A stretch of 62,924 nt of DNA, filler included, from Intoshia linei (taxonomy: Eukaryota; Animalia; Orthonectida), in assembly GCA_001642005.1 (NCBI GenBank). It is 8 parts of 8 records of this genome, joined end to end, with 100 filler letters (N's around TTAATTAATTAA, not from the genome) between each part and the next. Parts side by side here need not be neighbours in the genome. Positions count along the whole stretch, not along the records: positions 1 to 15,193 come from LWCA01000925.1; positions 15,294 to 28,879 come from LWCA01001008.1; 6 more parts are not named here. One strand, given 5' to 3'. Position numbers and translations under genes: made by a program. Position 1 is the first letter of the stretch. Each line of letters begins with the position of its first letter. Shown here piece after piece: positions 13,997 through 27,300 of the stretch. The notes beneath the pieces were generated by a model. That model did no database searches, was not told the DNA's origin, and saw nothing but the letters and a program-made list of their open reading frames with translations.

Positions 13997-14338
13997 TACT
14001 TTATTTTTAGTAATACGTACTTTATTATAAAAATGAAAAATTTTACCATGAATTCAGGTGAAGATAAAAAGAAGAGAGTAAGAATATGTTGGATTTCGAT
14101 GTCGCATGAGGATGTCGTTTGATGAAATTAATCATCAATATAATTCTCAATATAAAAAGGTTGATATGCAAAAGCTTCCGTTAAAAACATCACAAAAATT
14201 TCTCTCCAATAATGATAAAATTAGTGGATGTTTTTTGAGGAAGGACAAGAAATTTTAAAAAAAGGAGTTATTAATTATTATAAGAACAAGATAGAGGAAG
14301 TTTGCATTTTTAAAGTACGTATTACTAAAAATAAAGTA
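13997..14338. repeat. Foldback/MITE with a perfect 28-bp inverted repeat
   Basis: 13997-14024 tactttatttttagtaatacgtacttta is the reverse complement of 14311-14338; extra tactaaaataa units at 14355-14385. Confidence 0.75.
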
Positions 14339-14782
14339 CAACTTGTTCCTAATATACTAAAATAAAGTATTTACTACTAAAATAACGTTAAATTACCGGG
14401 TAGCCTTTAAAACATGCTAATTTTTGATTATGAAACTAAACTAGAAATAGCAAATATTTTAAAAGAAGGAAAAATTTCTGACGAAAATTATGTGAAACAT
14501 GCAATACGAGTAAAGGAACAATTTCATGAATTAAAAAATTCATGGTTCTAATTTTAAACAATGATATTGTAAATACAATTGATGTCAATGAACCAAGTAC
14601 CTCATCTACTTTATCTAATACGTTTGTTGATTTGGATGAATTGGTTTATGAGGCTTTTCTAAAATTGAGAACACTATCTTTTTTTCAGGTACGTTAAAAG
14701 TAATTGGGCTAAATGTAGCCAAAAAATTGCAAATTATTAATAAATATGACATCGTAAAAGGAAATCATCCGATATTACACTA

Positions 14783-15193
14783 TTGGATAAATTTTACGTT
14801 GGTTCATTTCTGCAAAATCATGACATTCCTTGGGGAAATGTTTGTGGTATTTGTACAGACGGTGCTCCAGCAATGATCGGATGTAGATCGGGATTTCAAC
14901 GTTTGGTAATCAATGCATCACCGAAAGCCATCAGAACTCACTGTATGATTCATCGACAAGTGTTAGCAACAAAGACTTTACCACAAGAATTTCAAGATAC
15001 AATGAAAAGCGTTGTAAGTGTCGTGAATTTCGTAAAAGCTAGTGCTTCAAACAGTCGTCTATTTTCAAAACTTTGCATGGAGCTAATTGCATCATATAAA
15101 GTTCTCTTATTCCATACTGATGTGAGATGGCTGTCCAATGGCAAAGTTTTAAAACGTGTTTTTGATCTTCGTCATGAATTAAAAACATTTTTT
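14783..15193 (+). mobile_element. hAT (Buster/ZBED5-like) transposase fragment truncated by gap
   Basis: GICTDGAPAMIG, THCMIHRQVLA (CxxH), LLFHTDVRWLS.GKVL.R. Confidence 0.92.
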
Positions 15194-15847
15194 NNNNNNN
15201 NNNNNNNNNNNNNNNNNNNNNNNNNNNNNNNNNNNNNTTAATTAATTAANNNNNNNNNNNNNNNNNNNNNNNNNNNNNNNNNNNNNNNNNNNNCAAATAA
15301 AATTTCTTTTGGTTTCTAAAATTAATTAAGGTCTCTAAAATTTTTAAATACCGGGAAATCACAATCACTAGTTTGTATATGTAAATATGTATAAATGCAA
15401 ATAATGTACTGATATCAAGGAAACTTTTTTAATATAATTTAGAATGTGAATTTTAGAAGCATATGCTTTTTCAGAAATTATTTTTAGTTTAAGAACTAAT
15501 TGTATCGGACCGACATTTTGCTATCCATAACTGACAATAATTGAAAATTTTGACCTATTTAGTGTTTATCATTTAACTTTTCTTAACTTGGAAAATTAGA
15601 AAAGGTACGATATCCGCAAAAATTTAATATGTCAATTGAATCACAATTACTATGGAATTCAAAATTTAGCTGATTATAAAAAACAATGGTATACTGATAA
15701 ACTCTTTAGAACCTTACCATGGAATTTGATACATTGTAAAATCTAAAATACAAAAAAAATCCTCATTTTACAACCAAAGCAAACATTGAGTTATCAAAAA
15801 TATTAAATAAAGTTAATTTGGGAATGATTGATCAGTGATCGTTATTT

Positions 15848-17167
15848 ATGAACGACGAAGCAGCTGAAATACTGGAAAAGGGGACCCAACATTTGATTAC
15901 TTTTTTCGATTCCCAACCATACACTGTTTCTAGTACTGAATCTAGAGCTTACAAGTAACAATTTAAATTTGATCATTTTAAAAAGTATTAATATAATGTA
16001 CTTGAAACTATAAATTCATACAACTAAAAACTTTAGAAATCCAAAAAACTCCATGCTAAATCGTTATTATGATGTAATTTAACTAATTTGACTCTTAAAA
16101 TACATTACAGGTGCCGTGTATTGACAGAACTAGGGTTAAATTGAAACCAAACAAATTCATAACTTCCAATTACATTCATGCAAATTATGTTGATCTTGGT
16201 CAACATTCTAGAGCTCTAATTTTAACACAAGGTAACCAATTTTTCAGAAATAAATTTTATTATTTTAACAGGTCCCTTACCACTAACTATTTCACATTTT
16301 TGGAACATGATATGGTGTGAAGATTGCTATATTATTGTAATGACTACAAGGTGCATAAAAATATTAAAATATTTTTTAACGTGTTTTTAAATTAGATGCA
16401 TTGAAAAGAATAGAGAAAAATGTTCAAAATATTGGCCCGATAAAGATGAAGAAATCAACTTTGGGGATATTGAGGTTAAATGTATCCATTCCACTGAAAA
16501 TGAAAAAACCATTGACTCTACCTTTCAGTTGAAACGAAATAATGTATATTCAATACATTCATTTCATTTATAATTTAGAAAACCAAATTTGTTTATCATA
16601 TGCTGTATAAAAACTGGCCAGATCTAGGTTCTCCTGACGTGGCAAACTTTTTAGAATTTATTAGTCAACTTTACATTACCATTCAATCAAAATTGGGACA
16701 AGGAACTTGTCTTATCCATTGCAGTGCCGGTATAGGACGTTCAGGTATAATGCATTACATTACGGTTCACAAAAGTGGGTATCATCAGTATTTTGAAATT
16801 ATATAACAAAATTTTTTTCAGTATCAACTGTCAATTCCAGGTTTTTTATAGATTTCTAGGGTTATATATCATTGATCAACATTTTTTACTTATGCAGGAC
16901 GGGATTGTAAAAAAAGTTTGACGACCACTGCATTGCATTTAAAATTATTTATTGTTTTAAGGAACCGTTGCTGTAATTTTAAATGTCATTGAAAACATTC
17001 AAACCCAGAAAAAATTTGAAATAATAGAAAAATTTAAACTTGTGCGTTCACAAAGAGCTGCTGCAGTTCAAAGTGCTAATCAGTATATATTTATCAACAA
17101 AATTAGCCTGATGTATGCCAAAAAAATGCAACTAATTGATGAATCTCATAGGATTGAATCTTTATAA
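15848..17167 (+). CDS. Classical protein tyrosine phosphatase, PTPN9/MEG2-like catalytic domain, 287 aa; exons 15848-15954, 16037-16073, 16111-16231, 16272-16350, 16396-16543, 16579-16744, 16962-17167
   Basis: NRYYDVPCIDRTRVKL, YIHANYV, TQGPL, FW.MIW, IVMTTR, KC.KYWP, WPDLG, HCSAGIGRSG, QR...VQ...QY; 864 nt in frame. Confidence 0.92.
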
Positions 17168-17198
17168 AAAATAAATTTTATTTTAATCCAATTTTCAA

Positions 17199-20100
17199 CT
17201 AATCGGCTTCATCTTCCATTAAATCTTCAGATCCACCTTGGGGTGGTGGGTTTATTCTGGTTTCCCCATTTAAAGGAAATAAAATACTCCTTGCTCTTTC
17301 AAGATTGTAGTTGGTACTGATTAGTGTATGAATTGCGTTCGTACGGCTTGCACCCAATTCTACCAGTTGGTTAACCTTTAAAAATAAATATATTAAAAAA
17401 TTACTAATGGAATTTGTACATTTAACTACCTTTTCAAATTTTAAAATTTAACAAAATATGAAAGTGAAAAAGAAATATATGTAATTGGCATACCTGCATT
17501 AGGGTTTACAAATTTTTTTTTCGTGGTCACCACAAAATAATTTATAAAGTAGTGGTTCCATTTCAACAAAAATTTCTAAATCACTCACTGGGTTAAATAT
17601 TTGATAACGGTAACAAACCAAGAGGCCAATTTGTGAAATTAAAATTTTTAAATTCTCAGTAAAAAAAAAATATCATCAATCAGATCCGAATTTAAATCGC
17701 TCGAGGCAACCCGAAAGTAGAAATATATTCCTAAAAAATTTTCTCAAACTATTCGTAATGTCATTCCGACCTACCCATTCACGGGTGAATTTATAGTTAT
17801 ATGTGACAAAAAATAGTTGACAATCAAAAATATATCTTTTTTAAAGCTAATTTGGAAACAACAAGGCCACCATTAATCAAAACTGTCGTTAAAGTCCCCG
17901 TAGGAGATCTCGATATAATAAATTATTGTTCCATCGATTTTTAAGATTCTTAGTTTTTATTTTCAATTTAATTTAACATTTTGTAAATTCAAAAATTTTG
18001 GTTGGTATAATGCTAAAATTGGTGTTTGACCTGGAAGGAGTAAATTTTTGAGGTTGACATTTTTCCTTTATATAAAAAGAAAGTAAACTATTCGTATTAT
18101 ATGAATTTTAATTAATGTCAATTATGTCAATATGTGTAGTACAATTGTAGTAATTTACAAAACATTGCTAATAAAATAATAATTTGAATTTTTGACAGTG
18201 AAAATGTAAATTTCTGATAATTAAATATATTGTAAAACACTAATTGGAAAAAATTAAAATAATTAGCAACAAATATTTCACGAACCTTGAAAAATGACAC
18301 CAGACCCAAATTTAAGACACAGGTTTAAATAATATTAAAATATTTTATTGGTCAAGGGTTTTTATATATAACATTTTTATGATGCCCTTATCTAAACCCT
18401 GCAGGATACACCAATAAAGTACTTTTTTTTAAATTTTGAGAAATGTGTTTTGTAAATTCAAATTAATAAACACAAAATAGGGTGCCATATAAAATATAAA
18501 TGACCTAGATAAATGAATGTTAATTATAATTAAAATTACCTTATTTCTATTATTTTCAAATACTTGGGAAAATTTTTCATCGTTTTTTACGGCATCCATA
18601 GAATTTAAGATATAAGATAAATATTGATGTGTAACTTTAGAACCCTAGTTTTAAAAGTAATCTTACAATTTTTTACAATTAAAAATACATTTTTTAACAC
18701 TACAGTAGTAGTTAAAATCAAATTAAAAAAATAATTCAATTAAATTTAAAATAAAGCATTTATTTCAGGTATAAGAGTATTAAAACAAAAAAAATCTTTC
18801 AAAACAATTTTTAATTATTCTTAATTATTCTTAATTATTTTTACATAGATTCCCAACTTATGTATAGCATTCATATTTAAAAGTTTTTGGGAATTTCTAG
18901 AAAAGTTAATAAAGTTTGTTTAGAAGAATATTGTTAAAACATAAAAGTGGGATACCATGATGACAAATCCTATTATAGCTTGCTAAAACAGACGTTAATG
19001 GTTTATTCGTGATGAAAAAATCACAAAAAATTATGGTTCGTTTACTTTGCACTGACAATTAGTAAACACTACTTTAAATAATAAATACCATTTCAATAGT
19101 TTGAATGTGTAATGGATTAGATAAAATTCGAGGAACATTGACAAACAATTTAATACTACCAGATATATCTTTCATGGCGTTGATTACTAAAATCATACAT
19201 TCATAGAATCCCGGATAGAGATTGATGTACCTATAATAACAGATTAATTTAATAAAAAATAAAACAATAGATAATAAAATCATAAAAATTTAATATTTTA
19301 ATCTCATGAAATTAATTAATTAAGTGCCATAAAACTACGAACCAAAAAAAAGGTTTGCATAAAAAGTTGAAATATGCCTCTACAAACAATAAAAACATAC
19401 AGTACAGTCAACGCTAAAAAAGTTTTCTCATTGGAATTTTACTAATTGAATTGATCACTTTTAAAGCATCGGATGTACCACATTAATAATAACAATATAT
19501 TAAAAATTTACTTTGCATACGAGTTATCTTTTATCATTGCAGTAAAACTAGCAAAATTTAAAAATTTGGCTAAATATATAATATTATAAAATGTAATACT
19601 TTTGGGTCACACCTTTTTTCAGTCCTAACTACAGTAGTAAAAAAATTTAGGTTTACTCTTCGAAAAAATTTTTTATTGGAATTGTTTACAACTATACAAT
19701 GTACACTATGTATTTGTATTGCAATATTGTATTTCAATACAATTACATTACGACATCACAAGCAGAGCCGTTTTAAGGCATGGGCAATATAGGCTGTAGC
19801 CCAGGGAAACTCATTTAAAAAGGCCCCCAAATTAATAAAAGTACTTTACACCGATACAGATACTTATATCTTAAGAAACAGTTTATAAGTTTTGAAGTGT
19901 GGGAATTCAAATAGCTAAAAAGAAAATAGTTTAAAGATTCAAAGTTCTGGTAAATATTCAATTTAAAATATATTCTACAATGTTCATCATATAATATTAA
20001 ACATTAAAACATTTCTATTAAATGAATATTCAAAAAAAAAAAGTATGAAATCTTTGATTTTTTCTTATTAATTTTCAAAAAAGGGGCCCTAAATTTTTTT

Positions 20101-23100
20101 TATCGCTTCGCTCAAAACTTTAAAGGGCCTCCGGTCCTTTGCTTAGCCCAGGGTTACGAAGTGGCTTAAGACGGCTCTGATCACAAGTCTACATGACCTT
20201 GTCAATAATGACTTTTACTCGTTTATCATTAGGGCCACCAAAAATAAAATTTATCAGGCAGTCTTATATTTTCAAAAAAATTTAAAAAAACTAGAAATTG
20301 TTATAACTGACAAAAAATAAAAATTTTCTCTGTCGTACCCTTTGGCGAACATTAATTTATCTAGTATTTTTAAAATAGAAATTCTATGAAAGTCATCAAA
20401 GTATAGTTACGAGCCTAAAAATGATCATAAATAATATGAATTCCAGAAAAATAATATATTAACATAATAATAATGTAAATACATATAAAACACAATACGT
20501 AATACGATTTTTTTTCTATCATGAATTTCGGATGAAGCAATGTTACCAACAATGAAATAAATCTCAGAATTATACTAAAGATGTTTTTAAGTGTGTTGAC
20601 TGGATACATTGTATGATCTGGAATTTCTTAAAAATTCTAGAACTCTTCATTTAAAAAAAGGTAATTTAGGGTTTTGATCGTGAAAATGCACTTTTTTGAA
20701 GTTGCGATTTAATACTGATGATTTAAAAAATTATCCCAGAATGTATATTTTCAAGGACAAGCTGTCCTTAATATTTTATAAAATTCTAGGACTTTCTATT
20801 TTTACAAAATGCTTTTTTGACCGTGAAGACGTCACTTAGTAAGATATGTAAATGTGGAGATAAACGTATGAACTGGAATTTTTTTATATTTTACTGCAAC
20901 TGGTTTGTAATCACGATACGCTTAAATTTACTGATATTAATTAATAAATAAATCAAAATTACCCAACAAAGGAGGTGGCACATCGTATTTTATATCGTTT
21001 AAAATTTTAAGCACAAAATCTTCATTATACATAAATGAAAATAACTATAAATAATATTTTAAAATTTGATAAATAAATAAAAACAAGTTGACAAGTTATA
21101 TACTACGTACAAACAGCATCTAGTTCTGCCGAGAGCACATTTTTATTCTACCAAAAAAATAAATTCAATAAAAAAATCTAACTTAAACATCATACTCTCA
21201 CTATTATCAATTCTTTAAAGGAGTGATTCCCAAACCTTTTTTCATGTGGATTCGTCATATCACATTACTTTTTACATTATTTTAATTTAAAGTTAATTAT
21301 TCCATTTTAATTTTGTTGTAGTAACATTTATGTAAAGAATTTTAAAAACAATTATTATTCCATTTTTTAAATTTATTAAACAGAACGAGTGTGTATAATC
21401 CTTACTTATATAAAGTAAAATGGTTAAAAATGTATGTCTGTTTATTTATTTTTTTCAGTTTATTTAAGAAAGTAAGGGAAGTCAAGTTTTACAAAATCTA
21501 TATTCTTATAACAGTTTTTCCAGAATCATGTTTTATCGCCAATTTTAAATCCACAAATTTAGTCCTTCAAGGTTAAAAACCCCAATTGTCCTTTTTTTAA
21601 ATTCAAAACCGTCTTAGAATTATATAAATACACATTTCAATATAAAAGTTTTAAATTGATCAATACTATGATAATTTTCAATTTCAAAATCTTACATCTT
21701 CACGGCCAAAACCCCAAATTACCCTTATTTGTAAAAATTAAGAAAGTCTTATTTTATACAACATAAATTCTGAAATGGTTTTTAAATTCATAAGCATTAT
21801 CATAAATGGTAACATCAAAAAAGGTAATTTTCACGGTCAAAAATCAAGATTACCTTTTTTTTTTAAAATTAAAACTGCCCTAGAATTTGAAAAAAAATTA
21901 AGGATGATACAGTTATATCAAGTTACACATACTAAAAATTTATTAATTTTTTTTTATTTCGAAACTATTTTATTAGAACAAAAAATTTCAAATAATTAAC
22001 GGTCGTACAATTAAAAAAAAGGTTATTCTGATACAGCTTATTCCAGTTGATATAAATTCAAAATTTTAACCTCAAAAATCTACGCAATCCGGTGAAAAAT
22101 AATTTTTACTATATTATCAACCAATATTTTTCAAATGTTGGATTAAAATTAATGAAAAAGTAAATAAATACATCCATATATAAACCATTTTACTTCATAT
22201 GTAATGATAAATTTATTAACTTGCATCATCGTTCAAACCAACAAATGTAACCAGTGGGCGAAAATAAAACTTATGTTACAGGTTTAAGGACACATGTACT
22301 AAATACATTGTATATAAAACATACCATCTTGTCAAACGGCCACTAAACAAAATATAATAAATTTAATTTTAAAAATTGTATATTTGGAGAAAATATACAA
22401 TTTACTACAAACTATAATTATAATCATCTTATTTAATCTTAATCATAATTATCTTAATCAATTTTATCAAATTTTTTTAATGTTGCCTAGTAATGTTGCT
22501 TTAATGCTCCGCGATAAATTTTATAATTTATTACGAGTCCGCCTTGAAAAAAATGTGGGAATCCCTGATCAAACTTAAAATCGTCATAAAATTTTCATCA
22601 AAATGTAAATTAAAAATTCCACTTAACTATTTTAGAATAAAACTGTTAAATTCTTAATCCTAAAAAACGTTTAAAATTTTCTAAAAAATCATTTTTAATT
22701 TTTTTAAAAATAATCCTCCTAATCAAATAATCAAAAATAATCTCTCATAATCTCAAAAAATTATCCAAATATCTTAAAATTACTTGTAAAAGTAACAAAT
22801 TCATCTAAATTTGTAAATACAAATGTATAAAATTACCGGTAATGCCTCAATAGAAATATACATTGTTTTAATTGCGTCAACAATTAAATGTGTTGAAGAA
22901 TCAGAATAAACATTTCCAACTAAATAAATTAAATGTAATTTAAAAATATGGTAAAATACCAATTTTTTTAATAAAAACATCAAAGTAACAATAAGACTCA
23001 AGTTCCAAATCTTTAATTTTTTTTTCATCGTCCAAATACTCACCCAGTAAACCTATATAAAATTAATTACACTTGCGAAATAAGTTGTATACTTATTGAA

Positions 23101-23457
23101 GAAACTACACAATTTTTGCAGGTTGGATCTTGAAGTATTTCTCTAAATTAAAATTTTATAATCAACCAAAATTGTTTCGAAGAGACACAGCAAATAAATA
23201 CACAAAATATTTAAATTTAAAAGTTGTTACATCATTTATAGCAGCCATTCTCAACGGGGTCCACAGCACTTTTTTGGGGTCCATGAAAATTATATACATT
23301 TATTACATATCATAGACATTTTCAGTAACATAAAGTTGTTTTTACTACATAAAGGCTCAGCCACACTAATATAAAACGTGAAAATCATGTAAAAGTAAAT
23401 TCTTTGGTATTAAATTAAATTACTTACAAGTGTAAAAACTTTTTGGGAAACCTCCAT
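17199..23457 (-). CDS. UBL-UBA protein, UBL7-like (some internal exon boundaries uncertain)
   Basis: N-terminal UBL-like LLGEYLDDEKKIKDLELE (~22960-23052); YPGFYECMILVINAM resembles UBL7 HPALVNAIVLVLHSV; C-terminal UBA VNQLVELGASRTNAIHTLISTNYNLERARSILF; stop at 17201-17199; ATG at 23457. Confidence 0.65.
19763..20179. mobile_element. 417-bp hAT MITE with a perfect 8-bp TSD
   Basis: TIR CAGAGCCGT(T/C)TTAAG matches 14/15; ATCACAAG at 19755-19762 and 20180-20187. Confidence 0.92.
21223..21400. repeat. hAT-MITE end, second copy at 42624-42800
   Basis: tgattcccaaac.t.tttca.gtgga..cgtcatatcacattactttttac...gtaaagaattttaaaaacaatt shared. Confidence 0.6.
21430..22145. repeat. ~700-bp dispersed repeat, copy 1
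   Basis: Colinear with 29985-30720 along its whole length; partial copies at about 20600-20830, 25620-25960, 26670-26910, 33020-33260, 43780-44050 and 50260-50400. Confidence 0.75.
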
Positions 23458-24315
23458 TGTTCTATTTTAGGAGCAGCGTTTTTATTTAATTATTTTATTA
23501 AAATTTATGACAGGGCCAAGTTTCTAGACATATAAAAAGCTTTAAATTTCAAATTGAAAATGGGACAAAAAATCAGTCAATATTCATGATTTTATGATAC
23601 ATCAACCAAGGGATATAAAATATTAATTCTTCACAGGGAATATAAATAATATAGACTTTTTATTGATCTGATAAAATATGTAATAAACAATTAATAATTC
23701 ACTGTAAACAATACCTGAAAAACATGTTCCATTTTGGGAACATTGACAGGTTAAAGGTTAATATTAATAGTTCATCAAGTTTATCACCTCGCAAAAATAG
23801 AGTATTCCATGTCTTTTGACCATCATTCGTTTCACCCAAATGTAATGATTCATTAAAAATTGTCATTATTTTTAATTTTTTTGGGGTAAACAGGTTTTTT
23901 GTAATATCATCTTAGGGGTCCACAGCCAAAAAGGGTTGAAAATGCCTGATCTATAGGGTAAAATATTTGAAATGTCACCTCAAAAAATTAAATATAACAA
24001 ACATATATAAGACTGATCATGATCAAGATAAGACTGACTGTACATGATAGATAATTACATAGTTAAAATCAAAATATACTTAACCGATTAATGTCCACTT
24101 TCAAACATAAAATGTCATAGTGTTCGTCATTAGGTGTATTGATGTATATTATGTTTCTACCAGGTGGCATTACGTTTAAAATGACTTTTAACATTTTTTA
24201 CAATAACAAATGTACAATTTTTATAAGATAATTTAAATATTTACTCTTAGTTACATGTAATTCCAATTTTCTAGTAAATTTATTTCTCTAGCTTTAAATT
24301 AAATTAATTATCGTA

Positions 24316-27300
24316 ATGTATCGTAGGATTAAATTATTGAAAAATGGGTAATTTTATATATTTTATTGATTTTACAGATGTATAATTATCTCATCATTAA
24401 TATTTTGGTATCTTTTAAAAATAATTAACATGATGTATACATTTTTTTGAGTTTGAAATTATACTTTCACCATTTATTCTTTTAATTCATCTCATTACTG
24501 TAATGATTACACAATAGTGGCTATGATAATTGAAAAATATTTGTGTTTTTACTGAATTGTAACGATTATACTTACATTTTAAAATAGGTTCAAACGATCA
24601 TTTGGTTATTCGTCATGTTCAAGATCAATGAAAACACCATTTCATAATGTTGACTATAATTACTCTAAAACTACAAATTTTACTGCTTATGAAGTTGAAA
24701 CTACTACGCTAGATAATGGAATGAGAATTTGCAGTTCACCGTACCACGGAGATTTTATCACAATTGGAGGTAATTTTAGTTGATAACACTGAAATTAAGA
24801 CTTTTCAAACCTTTTAGAAACAATTTTAGATGACATTTTAGATTTTTCGGTTTACTGTTTTAAAATAACCTCCGGAATTGAGTATACTCTACTTTTTTAT
24901 ATTTTATGATAGTTTGGATATTTTGGATATTTTGCTAAATATATGATTTAGTCGCTATAAAATCGGGTTCTTGTTACGAAACTAAAGATATTCAAGGAGT
25001 AACACATTTTCTTGAAAAATTGGCTTTTGGAGTAATTATTGTTTGATATCTTTTAACTATTATAGGCTAGTAACAATTATAAAAATAGTGATCAAGTTTT
25101 GCAAAAAATTGAAAAAAATGAAGGGATTATGGATTGTCAATCTTCTAGGTATAATTAAAATTTAAAAATTCGATTTTCTCCTAATTCAGTGGTTCCTGAT
25201 TCAAATAGTGTACGAAGTTCGTACTACGGACCCCCATTTCAAAATATTTTTTTTGGACCCAATGGAAGCATGAAATATAAAACATTTATCAATTAATTGA
25301 AGGTTTTTTCCCATAAGATTTGGTAAAATCGTTTTTTTAAAAAAAATATTGGTAAAATTGGATTTTTATTTTGAGGTTAGTAAATTTCTAGTTGCGATTT
25401 TTCTGATAAAATTTGATAAAATCGTGTTTTTCAAAAAAATATTGGAAAAAGGGGATTTTTTAAATAAAAAGGTACCGGTCGTTTAGACTCTAGACCAGGC
25501 ATTCTCCACATTTTTTGCTGTGAACCCTACGATGGTATTGAAAAAAACTGTGGATTCAAAATAATTATATTTGATTGATTTGATTTGATACATGTCTTTG
25601 AGGTTGTGATTTATTATAGTGATCATGATTTAAAAAATTATCCCAGAATTTATCTTTACTTATATAATATGCTAAGCAATATTTGTTTGTGTGTGTTCAC
25701 CTTTATTTCAATAACTACCACATTTCAATTACAGTTTTTTCCGGGACATATTATAAAATAAATTTGAACCTCCCAAATTCACATCTTACGGGTCAAAAAC
25801 CCAATTGTCATTTTTTTTGAAAATCAAACAAGTTGGAGAATTTATAAAAATATATACGCTGATACGAATTTTAAAATCATAAATTTAAATTTAAAAAAAA
25901 TATATCTTCAGGGCCAAAACCACAAATTGCCCCTTTTTTATGAAAACAGCCCTAGAAATTTAGTATAAAGTTGTAAATGTAAATGTAAATTTTGTAAAAG
26001 TAGTAATAGAATTTTAACAAATTTACAAATAAATAGAATAGATGGATGGATGAATACAGGATAAAATTCCCTGGATATTTAATAATTTCCGGGATTTCCC
26101 CAAAAAATTGAGACATACATGTATTTGATTTATGTTTGTTATTATTATGAAAATATGATTATATTATAATATTTAAAATATACCATTTCAAAAATCCCAT
26201 CACTAATAAAATTTAATCAAAAATACCATTTTAAGCCTTCATGGAAAAATTGAATTACATTGATAAATTTTTTTAAAAATCTGATTTTACGAAATCTTAT
26301 AAAAAAATCCACTTCATCAAACCACAAATTACTAACGCTTAAGGGAATTATCCTCTTTTTCCAATATTATTTTGAAAAATATGAGTTGTTACGAACTGGA
26401 ACGCTATCATCAAGATTGTTAAAATTAAAGGAACCCTTATGACTGTTCAACCTACGTAAACACAAAATGAAAGAAATTTCTTTAATGCTTCTAATAAACA
26501 AATTTCGTTACAAAACATAGAACGCATTTAAAAGACGTTTAAAATTTGTAAATTTAAATCTAAGATTCGTGTTATTTTATTAATTAAATTTTTTATTTTT
26601 TTCGGGAAATTTAATTTTTAATTTTTCGGTTCTCGACTTTTCTCATTTCCCGGGAAATCACAATCACTAGTTGTATCCAGTTAACACACACAAAAAATTT
26701 CAATCCGAATAAGTGACGACTTCACGGTTAAAAAAGTATTTTAGTATTCATATATTTTGTTGTCGAAATATTTTATTAAAACAAAAAATGTGAAATAATT
26801 AACAGGCTGAAAGTTAAAAAAAAGATTATTCTTATAGAGCTTATTCCAGGTGATATAGATACAAAATTTCAACTCTGAAATCTACGCATTCCCGGTGAAA
26901 AATAATTTATTAATTACATCGGTAGAGTTAGGTCATGTTTGTACGTAGTACATAACAGTCAACCTAGTGTTTTATAAAATTCTAGGACTTTTATAATTTT
27001 TTTTAATTTTTACTTTTAATCTTGAAGACTCAACTTCTGAAATTAAAATTTGCGATAACATGACTCTTACTTACTCTAGAAGAACTTTAATTAGTAATTA
27101 GTATATTTTAAACTACGCCAGTTACTTACCTAAATAAACTTTAACAAAAGGACATGCATACACTTTTAGCTACCAAATTAGAGCGGATACCTTAATTTGT
27201 GAACCATAGCCATCTCTAAATTTTAAGGGCGGATACGAGTGGGAAATGTTGGTTTGTCAAGAACTCTACTACCTATTATGTTAAATTTTAATTGTAGCAT

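Noticed and set aside
15194-15293. N-runs with a central TTAATTAATTAA (also 28880, 42524, 49408, 54580, 57531, 61209)
   Set aside because: Identical 100-bp scaffolding spacer with stops in all frames; an assembly artefact, not biology. Contiguity across these gaps is uncertain.
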